Assembly: GCA_964016885.1 (NCBI GenBank)
Contig: OZ024742.1
Coordinates: 273,916,001-273,980,000 of the forward strand
From: Eledone cirrhosa
Lineage: Eukaryota
Length of the DNA: 64,000 nt
Reading direction: 5' to 3'
Of the stretch, positions 39,358 to 51,995 are shown piece after piece. The position numbers and the translations under genes were made by a program. Within the stretch, counting starts at the first letter, position 1. Each line of letters opens with the position of its first letter. The notes beneath the pieces are model-generated. The model saw only the letters and a program-made list of their open reading frames with translations. It was not told the DNA's origin and made no database searches.

Positions 39358-42300
39358 TTTCTTTATTGGACACAAGGGCTGACATCAAGAAAAACATTAC
39401 AGACCGGTACAGGCCGGTACGATGTGGGTTTTGTGCGTGTAAAGATTTTTATTATTTATATAAGAAAAGAAAAAAAGACATAGAAACGTATATATATATA
39501 AACAATAAAAATGAAAATTCAAAGAATGAAAAATTCCCCAATAGGTGGAAAACTTCCGAGGCTTACTCGTGGCGAAAACCATACAAAAGACCATGGCCAC
39601 CCTAACCACCAGGGCGAGCGCCCTCTCTCAATGTTTCCATTTCTCAAACTACAGGCGTATATTCAGAGCGGTCCCGTTCACTCGGACCATTCTCGCTACA
39701 TTCACCCACCTTTCAAAAAACTTGCTAGAAGGCAGCACTTGCCTCTCCACCCTGATTTTCCTTTTCAAGCGAAACTTGAGAAAGTTAATTAGGGATTCGC
39801 CGAATAGAAAAGTGTCTGTCTTTAACCCTTTCAACCATGTCCAACACACAATCTTTTTCGCCATGGCCACCGGGCAGATGAAAACCACCTGTCCTTCCTC
39901 CTCGAAGGAAGACAGCGAGACCATCTGCACCATGGACTCAGTCGATAACCGGATCAGTCCTACACGCGACAGCAACGGTTTCGTCGCTCTAAGCGCATCT
40001 CGGACAGGCTAGCCTGACGGCACTTCCGTGCCTGAAGAGCTTATCTCGAACCGGCAAGGCTCCTTGGCAGAAGTGCCAGGCCAGAGATTTTGGAAAGTTA
40101 CCCATAGGCTCTGGGCTGAAAGTTCTCCGGAAGAGAGCACACAGCTGATCTTCTTCGACGCCCAGGATCTCTCCGAGAACGTCGTCGTTCTTCCCCTCCA
40201 CCAATCCTCTATAGAAAGCCGATGTTCGACCGATACTGGTGCCCAGCTGGCAGAGAGTAGTGAGCGCCTGGAGACATTCCAGTTTCCAAGCGCTATCCCT
40301 CGGTCTTTTCCTGACCCAGGATCGCAGCTCCGTCAAGGAGACGAGCTGTGAGAAAACGTGCCTGGCGAACGGCGACCACACCTGTTCACCGTCAAGGAAG
40401 CACCAAAGATGTCGCAGCCTCAGCGCATGTTTGCGCATCATCAGCCATGGCATGCCCAGTCCTCCTTGCAACGGGTGTTGACAGCAGATGGATCGTCTGA
40501 CCAGGAAGCGCGTACTTCCACAAAAAGCGGAAGAGTAGGAGCTTCATTTTGGTGAGAGTTGGGCCGGCGCAAGGGACGGCAGTGAGGCGGTAGACGATGA
40601 CGGATGCGATGCACGCATCCGCCACCTCTGCCCGGCCTTTCAGGGACAACTTCCTCTCGGCCCATTTCTGGGTGAGGGAGGCCACCTTGCTCGTTACCTC
40701 GCTCCAGGTTTTCTCCTTCTGGAGGTCCGGTCCGACCAGACCCCGAGCAATTTAACCGGTCCGCCCATCCAACGCCCGACGACGCTGTCGGGCGGCATGG
40801 ACTTGCCTCTCCAGGTGCCGAGCTGCAAGCCTACCGACCTTTCCTGGGTTATATTTGCTCCTGTCACCGCTTCGTATCCCTTGAGAGTGGTGCCGAGCAT
40901 GTGGACATGTCTGGTTCTCGACACTACCACGGAGATGTCGTCGCCGTAAGCCGAGTCGGATTTCCCACATCCTAGTTCGGGTGGGACGCCCCTCATCTTG
41001 CCCAGTTTGTTAAGTAACGGCTCGAGAGCCAATACGTTCAAGAGAGACGAGACGGGTCAACCCTGGTGGACCGAGCGCATGATGCTGAACGGGTGTGACA
41101 GGTGACCGTTCACCCTCACAACTGAACAGATATCGCTGTACATCGCAGTGATCCAACCCCTGATAACAGGCCCGAAGCCGGCTGAATCGAGGACCGCCGC
41201 CAGGTACCGATGGTCGACCCTATCGAATGCTTTGGATTAATCCAAATTGATCAGCGCCCCACCTTGCCAGGTTCCTTAACCACCCTCTCTATGATGTATC
41301 GCATGAGGTGGAGGTTGTCGTGTATGGATATGTCGGAATGGCGCTTATCTGTGCCTGTCCCACCAGACACTTGACGACAAGCGCCAACCTCATTGCTAAC
41401 ACCTTGGCAAAAATCTTGAACTCTGCGTTTAGCAGGGTTATGGACCTGAAATTTATGATAACATCCCTTATGTTCGGGTCTTTTCTCAGAAGCGCCACCG
41501 CTCCTCGGCTCACATAACTGGGAATGCTCCCGTTCTGCTGCCAGTTGCATTAGACGTCTGCCAAGTGGTCAACGAACAAGTCTGGGATAAATGCATAAAG
41601 CTCGTAGACCAGACCATGCAAAGCTTACGATTTACCCCTCGTGCAGTTAGCCATCGCTTCCCGTATTTCACCGGCTGTTATTGGCTTTTCGCAACACTGT
41701 GCTGCGGTCGTCTAGAGCCGAGGCAGTCCGTCGAGGTATGCACTGAAGTCTATACACAGATCCGGCTCGCGGCTGCTCTCGAACAGTTCAGCAAAGTGCT
41801 GCTGAAAAGCCTCACGCATCTGCTCTGGTTCTAGCAACACGCGCCCGTTTTGGTCAGATAAAGACCGAATTGTGGCTTTGTTGCCACGTCGCTCCTCTGC
41901 TCCCCAGGCCCATTGGACGGCGTGTGTCCCCTCGTGTTTCAGAGCACGCGCTCTAGCTCTGACAACGCAGTCTTCGTGTTTTGCGTTGAAGAATTGGTCC
42001 AGTGCCAATCTCGCCGAAAGCACGTCGGTTGCGATGCCTGTCCTAAAGGCCTCTTGTAGCTTTCTGACTAGCTTTCCCTTTACTCTATTTTCCTCTATCA
42101 CTACTCCTTTGCTAAACCTAATCGACTCTACTTTAATTGCCCTTTTCAGTGCGAACAACCACCTGATGTTGACGACCTCTCCCGTCAACGCCTACTTAAC
42201 TAATACGCTAATCCGGTCTCTGTAGGCTTTGCGCGCCCGGAAAGACGCGTGCAGACTCCAGTAACCGGGGCATTGTCTATGAAGTATGTCTATGTCGATC

Positions 42301-45218
42301 TCACAGATCACAAATTAGTGGTCAGTGTAGTCGACTATTTTAAATTGTGGACAACTTATACTAGCCTTATCTAGTTCTCTGCAGAATACCATATCGCGAT
42401 ACGATCTGGATGACCCGATACGGTTTGTCCATGTCCACATTGGCACATTCGGGTGATCCAGTCGATACCTGTCAGACAGTTCAAAACGTCTGAGCAGGTT
42501 TGTGAGGCTCTGGCACCCTCTTCGCCTATCCACTAGCACCACACAATCCCAGCGTGCATCTAAGATACATTTTCAGTCGCGCCCTAACACTAAAGCACGG
42601 GACGTTCCAAGAACGGTCTCTAGACGTCTGAAAAAATCTGGCCGTCCTGTCCCTGTCGGGGCATAGACGGCTACTAGCCTGAAAGCGTTGCCTTCGGTGC
42701 CGCTTACGTCCAGCACCACCGACTTACCTTCTGGGTCCAGGAAGATGGTCCGTATGGCGAGACCCAAGTCTTCTTTCCGAAACAACACAGCCACACCGTC
42801 CCCCGCTCCCGGACGGATCGGAGATGCGTACACCTCGTAACCGTCGAAGATCGGTGCGAAAGCTTGCGTTTCACAGATTCTCGTCTCGCTGATGGCCACC
42901 ACATCTATGTTTAGTGACCTGAGGTCGATAAGCAAGTGACCCTGCTTCCAAACCGGGCTCCAGCCACGCACGTTTACACTTCCAATCCTGAATACGGCCA
43001 TGTTGGGTGAGGAACGGAGCAAGCGACATGGATCACTTACATTGATCGTCTGGTGAAGGGACCGTTGAATCGTCCATTCGGCTGGTCGTCGGCTCTTCTG
43101 TGAGTATATCCGAGTATACTCTCCGGTTTAGTGTCCCTCTTAGGTCTCTAAAATCACCAACTGCATTTTAATGTGTGTGTATTGTTTCTGTGATATTCTT
43201 ACCAGTCTAATGTTCGTTTGTGTTTTCATTGGTGCTAGTATTATGTAGTCGTACTGTGAAATGTCTGTGTGTTCAATTATGTAAGTCATTACTTTCTTGT
43301 TGTGTGTATTTATTGCTGTGCATTTCTTTTTCTGGGTGTGGGTGGGGTTATGTTATTTTATTGTCGTTGTTGCTGGGTGTGTGTGTTTTGTTGTTGTGTT
43401 TGTGATGTTGGTGCTTGTGGTGGTGTTGTTGAAGGTGCTGTTGGTGTTGGCGGTGGGGTTGCCGCCGGTGGTGATGGTAGTGCTAGTGTGGGTGGTGATG
43501 GTGTTGGTGGTGTTGCTGCTGTAAGTCTCTTTGCAGTAGCCTTCACCCTTTTTTCATTTCTTCCCTCCCTTTTCGAAGGTGACGATGCGCTGCTTCTGCG
43601 TTTGTGCCTTCTTGCGATCCTTTGCCATACATCTCCCATCTCACACTCCATGTCCGATTCTGTGAGGTCGGGGAGGGGTACCAGCTCCACTCTTTCACTT
43701 GTTCTTGTTGGTGATGGCTGCAGTGGAGTCTCTGTTGTAGCTGCAGTTGGTATTGCTGTTGTTGTTGTTAATACTTCCACTGCTGCTGTTGTACTTGATT
43801 TCCGTGGCGTGGGTATGGGTGCCACGGACCTATCCTTCCTGGTTGCCGCCTGTCCTGTTGCTGGTAGCAGTGGAGCCGGTTTCGGAAGGACGGGGTTTTC
43901 TCCTTTCTTAGGGTCTTCTCAATGCAGAAGGCCCTGAGGTGAGTCTTCAACCCACAGCGAAAGCGCATTTCGAGCGTTTGCCCTCAACACTTATGGGATG
44001 TTGAGTGCCGTTATCGAAGTCTATCACATCCGGGATAGATTCGATGCACTCCTGGTTGGTTTGAATTAACATCTCAATGGAGACGCCGACCCAATCTTCT
44101 CGTACTTTTTTCTGTACTTGCAGTACGGTTGTTTGGTCCTCGATTCCGACTAGGACAGACGTTGCCAGCCAAGAAGAGGCCATCCCGGGGGGACTTGGGT
44201 CAGTTTGACCCTCACAATTTTTTGTCCGCAGTAGGAATACCATTTCCTCGCTCCTTAGGGTCACTCAGGATTGAGCCTTTGCCTCCTGGGTTGTGGTAAA
44301 AAGCACCACCACGGTGGCATATTTCTTGCCTCGAGTGATATGCATTTTCCGCTGCCACACAGATCCTAAGGCTTTTTGTATTTGAGCCTCTGTGGCTCTT
44401 TCAAACCTACGCGAGTTTGTGATTACTGTACGGTACGTAACCGTACAGTACTGTTGGGTTTCGAAACATTCTTCGACTGCCTTGCAGATTGCTCGGTGTC
44501 CGGTTTTCGTCACTATCTTCTTTGCTTCCTGTAATTCCTCATTTGTTATAATGATGGTTTCCAGGTTCTTTGCGATACCTGCAAACAAGATTGGTATTTC
44601 TTTCTTGTTGTTATTGTTGTTGTCGTCAGATCTGCTGTTACTTTTGTTGTTGCTGCTGGTTCTACGACCGCCGCCGCCGCTGTTGATGTTGTTGTTGTTC
44701 TTGCTGTTGCTGCTGCTGTTGTTGTTGGTGGTGTTGCTGCTGCTGCTGTTGTTGTTTATGCTGCTGCTGATGTTGTTGCGGCTGGTGCTTGTATTTTTCT
44801 CACCACTGTTGCTGCTGCTGCTGTTATTACGGCTGCTGCTGCTACACTTCATGACCTCAGACGAATGAAATGGCTTTCCGTATTCACCTCACACATCTTT
44901 CGTAGAGAATGGAGGGAGAGAGACAATCTTTTCTCTGACGTAATGACGATTGGGGAAGAAGAAGACGGAATGAGTGGGAGTGACTTGTGAAAATTCTTTT
45001 TTGTAGCCATGTTTTTTTTACGGTTTAAAATGAATATTGGGCACAAAACCCCAATAACTTGTTATTTAACCCCAAAGGGCCAAATAATGGACAGAAAGAC
45101 CCCTCTGACGGGTGTCTATATCTACAATTTGGTTCAAGTTTTAAACAATTTACAATTGTTATAACAGTTAAAAATGACAATACCTTACAGAGCCGAGCCT
45201 CCGTCAATCATGGCATTC
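39305..45218 (-). mobile_element. Full-length L1/Tx1-type LINE copy 3 (ORF1 45010-43033; ORF2 43001-39649), decayed
   Basis: ORF1 Asn/Ser-rich N-terminus and knuckle ..RCGLKTHLRAFC. ORF2 has MAVFRIGSVNVRG, NIDVVAISETR and SAYGDDIS, with a small deletion in the ZnF at ~39975. (ATT)n at both ends. Confidence 0.95.
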
Positions 45219-45247
45219 AATAATAATAATAATAATAATGCTTTCTT

Positions 45248-45753
45248 CGCGTGTAGAACGGATCCGTATATCGGCCGAGTCCATAGTGAAGATCGACCCG
45301 CCACCTTCTTGTATGGTGGACGAGGTTGAAAGGACTGATGACTGACACTTTTCTCTTCGGCCAATCCCTCATCACCTTTTTCAAGTTTCACTTGGAAAGG
45401 AAGGTGAGGGTGGAGAGAGAAGTGCCCCCCCCCCCCCGTACATCTGCTGAAAGGTGGGTGAATATGGCGAGAATGGCCCGTGTGATTGGGCCTACTCTGG
45501 TCATGCGCCTGTAGGTGGGTAAATTTTAGGAGGGGAGGGGTGCCCTTCCAGAGTGCTCTGAATCGTCGGGTCGTTCAGGATTGGTGGGGTATCTGAGCGA
45601 ACCATGTGGAATTTTACTTGTATTTTTCTTGTTACTGTGTTATTGTTATTTATATTTGTTTACTCTATTTTTCTGTAAAACCACACTGTCCCAGTCGTTT
45701 GTATTGTCCCCTATATGTCGGCCCTTGTGGCCAAGAAATTAAATCATTATTAT
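45248..45753 (+). mobile_element. Tx1 3' fragment, another subfamily, internally deleted
   Basis: WWTRLKGLMTDTFLFGQSLITFFKFHLERKVRVERE..WVNMARMARV.GP. Ends GCCCTTGTGGCCAAGAAATTAAATC(ATT)n. Confidence 0.88.
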
Positions 45754-48130
45754 TATTTTTATTATTATTGCTATTTTTATTTTCTTTCATTATTGTTTCT
45801 GAGATATATGCCGAGTGTCTTCCTGACATCTAGGGCAAATAAATTCACAGTGTGCATTGGTAAGCCAGTTAATACAGCACATAGATTATAATTTTAATAA
45901 AAACAGTATATGCATATGTAAATACAAGGAGGGAGATAAATCTTACAGAGATAGTGCTCTTCTCAATACGTGTGCAGTACCAGTAAAAACAATGTTTTGC
46001 ACCTCGTGCAGAGAGGGTAAACCAGGAATCATTCGCAAATATTGTTCTGTTCCTTTCTCAATCATACCCAGTCCTCAAACAATCACTGGTATTGTAACGG
46101 CCTTGAGGTGCCACATTTTCTCAATTTCAATAAGCAGATCTTTATATTTTCGTAGCTCGTCAAATTCTTTTGACGCGATATTGTAATCACATGGGATGCT
46201 CATATCTTTCACCAAACAGACCTTGTTATATTGATATTTTATAATGATGTCAGATCTATTTGCTTTTATGGTCCTGTCAGTGTGTACAGGAAAGTCCCAG
46301 AGAATTGTTACTTTTTCTTCTTCAGTTACAGCCTCAGGGTGATGATTGTACCACTTGAATTCAGCTTTGATTTTGTAATGCTGACATATTACCCAGTGTA
46401 GATATTGGCCAACTCTGTCAAGTCTACATTTGTATTCTACTGGTGCTAAAACTTTACATCCAGAGACTAAGTGATCCACTGTTTCAACACCAGCACTGCA
46501 GAATCGGCCCTTTGTGTTTATTCAGTTTCTCATCACATTGGCCTGGTAATTACGAGTCAATAATCTTTGATCTTGGGCAGCTAAGATGAGATCTTCACTC
46601 TCCGCCTTTAGCCCTGAACTAGATAGCTACTGATGGGTGTGCTTTTGGTCAACATCAGCTTGTTTGCTACGGGCCACATATTTGCCCTGCAGAGGTTTCT
46701 GCTCCCAATGTGATGCTAATTGTCCTTTCCCTTTTGATTTTGCCAGTGATTTTATGTGCCTAGAAGCATCAGCTGCAACAGTTTCTTTAGACTGTCATGC
46801 CTGGGTATCAAGCATGAAATCAGTAGCATATTTTTTGCTCTCCTTCAAGATAAAATGAAGCTTCTTACTTCTCTCACGCTTTTCAACAAGTTTCAGCATA
46901 CTGTCGTAAATTGTTTCAAGGTATTTGGCCAATCCAATGATGGTGGTCTTATAAGCAAGTTCAAATTCGATCAGGCCACGGCCTCCTTGAGTTCTAGGAA
47001 GGTAAAGGCGAAATACATCTGCTTTGGGGTGATGCATCCTATTACAGTTCAGTAGCTTACTGACTTTGGTGTCGATTCTTTTGATTTCGCTCATATTCCA
47101 GTTCAACACACCGAAGCTATAAGTGACAACTGGGAATGCCAAGGAATTTATGGCTAACACCTTGTTACGAGTGTTTAGTTCTGATCTCAGAACTGCACGT
47201 ACTCTCCTGTAACATTCTTTCCTTATCCTCTCTTTCATACTTGCATGCTGTATGACAGAGCCCTCATTAATCCCTAAGTATGTATAGGTTTGTTCCTGCT
47301 CAAGTTCCTTTATGATTGTTTCAGCATACAATTCAACTGATTCTGAGTTGACAAGCTTCCCCTTCTTGAAAGTGGCTTTTGCACACTTGTCAAGTCCAAA
47401 ATCCATCTTGATGTCAGCGTTAAACGTTTTACTGTCCGCAAAATGCCTTCCAGTTCGTCATTATCTCTGCAATATAACTTCAAATCATCCATATAATATA
47501 GGTGGCTTATTTTTATGTTGTCAATTCTATAACCGTACCCTGTTCTATTAAGCTCGGATGTAAGGGGTATTAAAGCTATGCAGAAAAGCAAGGGTGAACG
47601 TGAGTCACCCTGGAATAAACCACAGTTGATGTTTATATTCCTAGAGCACAGTACCCCAGTGGAATGAGACAATTCGAGATTCGTGTTCCATAATGACATA
47701 TTGTGTTTCAGTAAGTTTGAGATCACAGGTGAGATTTTGAAGATGTCCAGTGATTTCAGAAGCCATGAGTGTGGTATGCTGTCAAATAATTTTTTTAGAA
47801 TCGATCCATGCAGAACTGAGATTTCTGTTTATTATGACAGTTCTCAAGGATGATACGATTCATCAAAAGTTGATCTTTGCAACCATATGAACCTCGTCGG
47901 CACCCTTTTTGTTCAATGGGGCAAAGATTGTTCTCCTCCAAAAACCCGTATGCTTTTTCCATGAGAATAGAGGTTAATAGTTTATAAGTGGTCGACAAGC
48001 AGCTCATGGGTCGATAGTTTTTTTTTATCTTTGGTTTCGTTGTTCTTCGGTAGGAGGTAGGTTATCCAATCAGGTGTATTTTTTTGGATCTTTCATAATT
48101 CCATTAAACAGCTTCACCAATATATTGTGA
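45754..48130 (-). mobile_element. R4/Dong-clade LINE, 5'-truncated, same subfamily as 14281-18258
   Basis: Colinear and highly similar by eye to 14300-16680 (RT YMDD, CCHC, RLE, 3' UTR). Confidence 0.93.
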
Positions 48131-48131
48131 A

Positions 48132-48225
48132 TTACGGGGACGATAAAATAAAGTACCACTAATGTACTGCGATAATTGCTGTCCTTGTGCAAATAGTCGA
48201 AACAATTATTATAATTATCATTATT
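48132..48225 (+). mobile_element. SINE family A, 3' half
   Basis: TTACGGGGACGATAAAATAAAGTACC...CCTTGTGCAAATAGTCGAAACAATTATT. Confidence 0.85.
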
Positions 48226-48915
48226 ATGGAGGTGCCGTCAGCCGGGAATGTCCGAGATGCGCGCAGGGCGACGAAACCGTCCTGCACGCACTCGTCCAGT
48301 GTCCGAGCATTGCTGACTTGTGGGTTTATGTCGAACACCTGCTGTCACGTGTAGGATGGATCCACCTATCAGCTGAGTCCATCGTGAGGATTGACCGGCC
48401 CTCTTCCTTTAGCCGGGAAGGGCAGGCAGTTTTTATCTGTCTAGTGGCCATGGCGAAAGAGATAGTATGGTGGACACGTTTGAAAGGGCTGAAGACGAGC
48501 ACTTACCTCTTCGGTGATGCCCTGATTAACTTTTTCAAATTTCATTTGAAAAGGAAAATCAGGGTAGAGAGGGAAGTGCTCTCTTCCCAGCATTTTGTTG
48601 AAAGATGGGTGAGAGAAGCAAGTATGGCCCGAGAGAATGGGCCTACTCTGAGTATGTGCCTGTAAATTAAAGGTGGAAAACTGGGAGAGAGCACTTGCCT
48701 TGGTGGTCAGGGTCACTGTGGCCTTTTAATGGGCTTTCTCCACAAATGTCCCTCCGAAGTCTCCCCCCTATTAGGGAATTTTTCATTGTTATTTTTTTTG
48801 TTACATCATCTGTTTTTGTTTTTTACACGCAGAAATGCCCATTTGTACCGTCCTGTATTGTGCTGCACTGTCCTTAATGTCTACTTTATGTAAACCCTTG
48901 TGGTTAATAAAGAAA

Positions 48916-48949
<34 letters not shown>
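48226..48949 (+). mobile_element. Tx1 3' fragment (~720 bp), same subfamily as the 33503-39304 copy
   Basis: GGAVSRECPRCAQGDETVLHALVQCP...ENGPTLSMCL*. The 3' UTR matches 33520-33770, followed by (ATT)n. Confidence 0.93.
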
Positions 48950-48950
<1 letters not shown>

Positions 48951-49059
48951 AAAGTGGTGGCTCTGTAGTCTACGTAGAGCGTCTGTAAACATGCTTTATG
49001 GCTTAGATGTTCGGCCCTTTTATATCTGAATTCTGATCACGCTGTGTTTCACTGATTGC

Positions 49060-51995
49060 TGTTTCACTAGTCTCGGGCAAAAGACATCCAACACCGTCCT
49101 TTCTGCAGGCAATAAACCGATCGTCAATTCCGACTTTCGAGGAGAAATCAACTTAGGGCTGAGGAGTCGTTTTCAATGGGTTTTCGTCGTATCAGACCTG
49201 CCGACTTCTATCTTAGGAGCCGATATTCTCCACCACTAACCGGAGGCTTATTGACACCACCACAAACCTCACTGTGAGAGGTATATTTACCACGCAATCC
49301 ACAGTGAGCCCTGTAATTTGCAAGTCAGAGCCTTCGCGTTACAACTGCATTCTCCAGAAATACCCAGACATCATTCGCCGGGTATTTAAGGATGGACCTA
49401 TTAAACATAATGTCACACATCATATCGAGACAAGAGGACCACCCACAGCTGCCCGACCAAGTAGACTGCCTCCAGACCGACTGAGAATCGCCAAACAAGA
49501 GTTTCAACACATGCTGGATCTCGGAATCATTCGCCCTTCCTCCAGCAACCGGTCTACACCCCTACACCTTGTTCCTAAGAAAACAGAGAATGATTGTCGA
49601 CCATGTGGGGATTATCGTGCCCTCAACAATTCTACAGTACCCGATAATTACCCTGTACCTCACTTGCACAACTTTTCTGCCTCTCTACAAGGCGCGCGCT
49701 TCTTTTCCAAGATAGATTTGGTACGAGCATATAACCAGATACCTATGGAGCCTGCAGATATTCCGAAGACCGCAATCACAACACCGTTCGGTTTCTTTGA
49801 ATACCTGCGAATGACGTTCGGTCTGCGCAACACTGTACACACTTTTCAGCGGTTTATTGACACCGTGTTACGTGATCTACCCTTTGTATACGCGTATATC
49901 GACGAGGTGCTAGTAGCAAGTACATCCGAGCAAGAACACGAGAAGCACTTAGATCTTCTTCGTTTGGCTGAGTACAGTATTATCATCAACACCAGCAAGT
50001 GCCTTCTCGGCGTTCCTTCACTGTCCTTTCTCGAGCCCATCATTGATAAAGACGGCATTCGTCCACTTCCTGAGAAAGTAGAAGCTATCCGCAATTTTCC
50101 CGCACCTACATCACTTCGGAAACTGCGTGAATTCCTCGGTTTGGGGAATTTTTATAGGCGTTTCATCCCTCATTGTGCCGACGCAGCCAGACTCCTCACA
50201 GACCATCTTCGCAACCGGACACGGAAAAACGAAGACATCACTCTGAACGAGGAAGAATTAATATCGTTTAACCACCTGAAGGAAATGTTGGCAAACGCTT
50301 CCATGCTCGTTTTCTCCAGATCTGGCGCTCCTCTTTCGCTGCTAATGGACGCATCAGACACGGGGGTTGGAGGCGTTTTACAACAATATGTCGACTGCGT
50401 TTGGCAAGCCTTATCCTTCTTTTCTAAGCGGTTGCAACCTGCAGAAACCAAATACAGTACGTTTGGCCGCGAACTCTTGGCAACCTACCTTTCGGTTAAA
50501 CATTTTCATCACATGCTCAAAGGATCGGATTTCGCGATCTACACGACCATAAACCACAAGTTTATGCGTTCCGTACCAAACCTGATTGACATTCACCGAG
50601 AGAACTCCGACACCTGGATTTTGTCTCCCAATATTCAACTGATATTCGGCATATCAAGGGATCAGACAACGTAGCTGCCGACGCCCTGTCCCGAATCTAG
50701 CTGAACGCAATACATGTACATTCAGGCATCGACCTTCAACAGATCGCAGCTGACCAAGAGACTGACGAAGAGTTTATCAAGCTCTGAGATTCGCTATCCC
50801 TCAATTTTCAGCAAGTTTCCATTCCTTCTTCCCCGGGACAAATTTGGTGCGACCTTTCTACCGGTCATGAACGACCGTATGTACCACAGATGCATCTTCG
50901 ACAAGTAAGTTTTTTTCTGCTTTACACTGCTTGTCTCACCCGGGAATTCGGGCTACACAGAAACTTATCTCTGCTCGTTTTGTCTGGACTAACATTAACA
51001 AGGACGTGCGCGACTGGTCCAGGAGCTGCATTGCCTGCCAGAAAGCCAATATCCACAGACATTCGCGCAACCTGATGCACGTTTTCATCATGTGCATATC
51101 GACATCGTTGGACCTCTACCACCATCACAGAACAGCACACACTTGCTCCCCTGCATAGATCGTTTTTCCCGTTGGCCTGAGGCTATTCCCATAGGGGTTA
51201 CCTCAGCGGAAACAGTCGCTAAAACTTTGGTTTTACACTGGGTATCACGTTATGGCGCCCCAGAGAAGATAACAACGGACAGAGGACGCCAGTTTCATTC
51301 CCACCTCTTCAGGGAATTGACTCGCCTGTTAGGATGTAAACACATCCGCAAGACAGCGTATCACCCGCAAGATAATGGTCTCGTGGAAAGATTCCATCGC
51401 CAATTGAAAGCTGCAATAAAAGCATATCCAGAGAAGACCCACTTGTTTGAATACCTGCCACTCATCCTTCTGGGCATTCGATCCACCGTTAAGGAGGAAT
51501 TTGGACACACACCTGCAGAATTAGTGTACGGCACCACCCTGGTTCTACCTGGTCAGATTGTTGCTTCCATCTCTCCTCAGGAGGTTCCAGAGCAAGGATC
51601 ATACGTACACCGTCTTCGACAATATATGTCTCACCTTGCTCCTGCAAGCACCCGTCAACAGAACACGGCCACACATGTACCTTCAGACATTAAAGATTAG
51701 ACGCACGTTTTCGTTCGAAATGACACCATCTCAGCTCATCTTCGACCTCCATATTCTGGCCCTTATCGTGTTCTAAAAAAATATCCGAAATATTTTATTC
51801 TCGATCTAGATGGTAAACAGAATTCTGTCAGCGTAGACAGATTAAAAAAAGCCATCATGGATACTATTACAGTCTCTATACCAGAAACTCCAACAGATTG
51901 CTGTCCCAGCAAGCCATTTGTTTCATCTCCAGTCACGAGAAATGGACGACGTGTCCATTGGCCCGCCAAGTTGGCACAATATATGAATTACTGTT
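49060..51995 (+). mobile_element. Ty3/Gypsy LTR retrotransposon pol relic (PR remnant, RT, RNase H, integrase)
   Basis: ILGAD protease tail, [28 protein letters not shown] (catalytic YIDD mutated), DASD..GGVL RNase H, SHPG..C..CQ zinc motif, [22 protein letters not shown] integrase, PYSGPY. No gag or LTR recognised. Confidence 0.95.

Noticed and set aside
31600-44870. Many plus-strand Val/Leu/Gly-rich ORFs resembling membrane proteins
   Set aside because: They are antisense shadows of the low-complexity ACA-rich Tx1 ORF1 regions.
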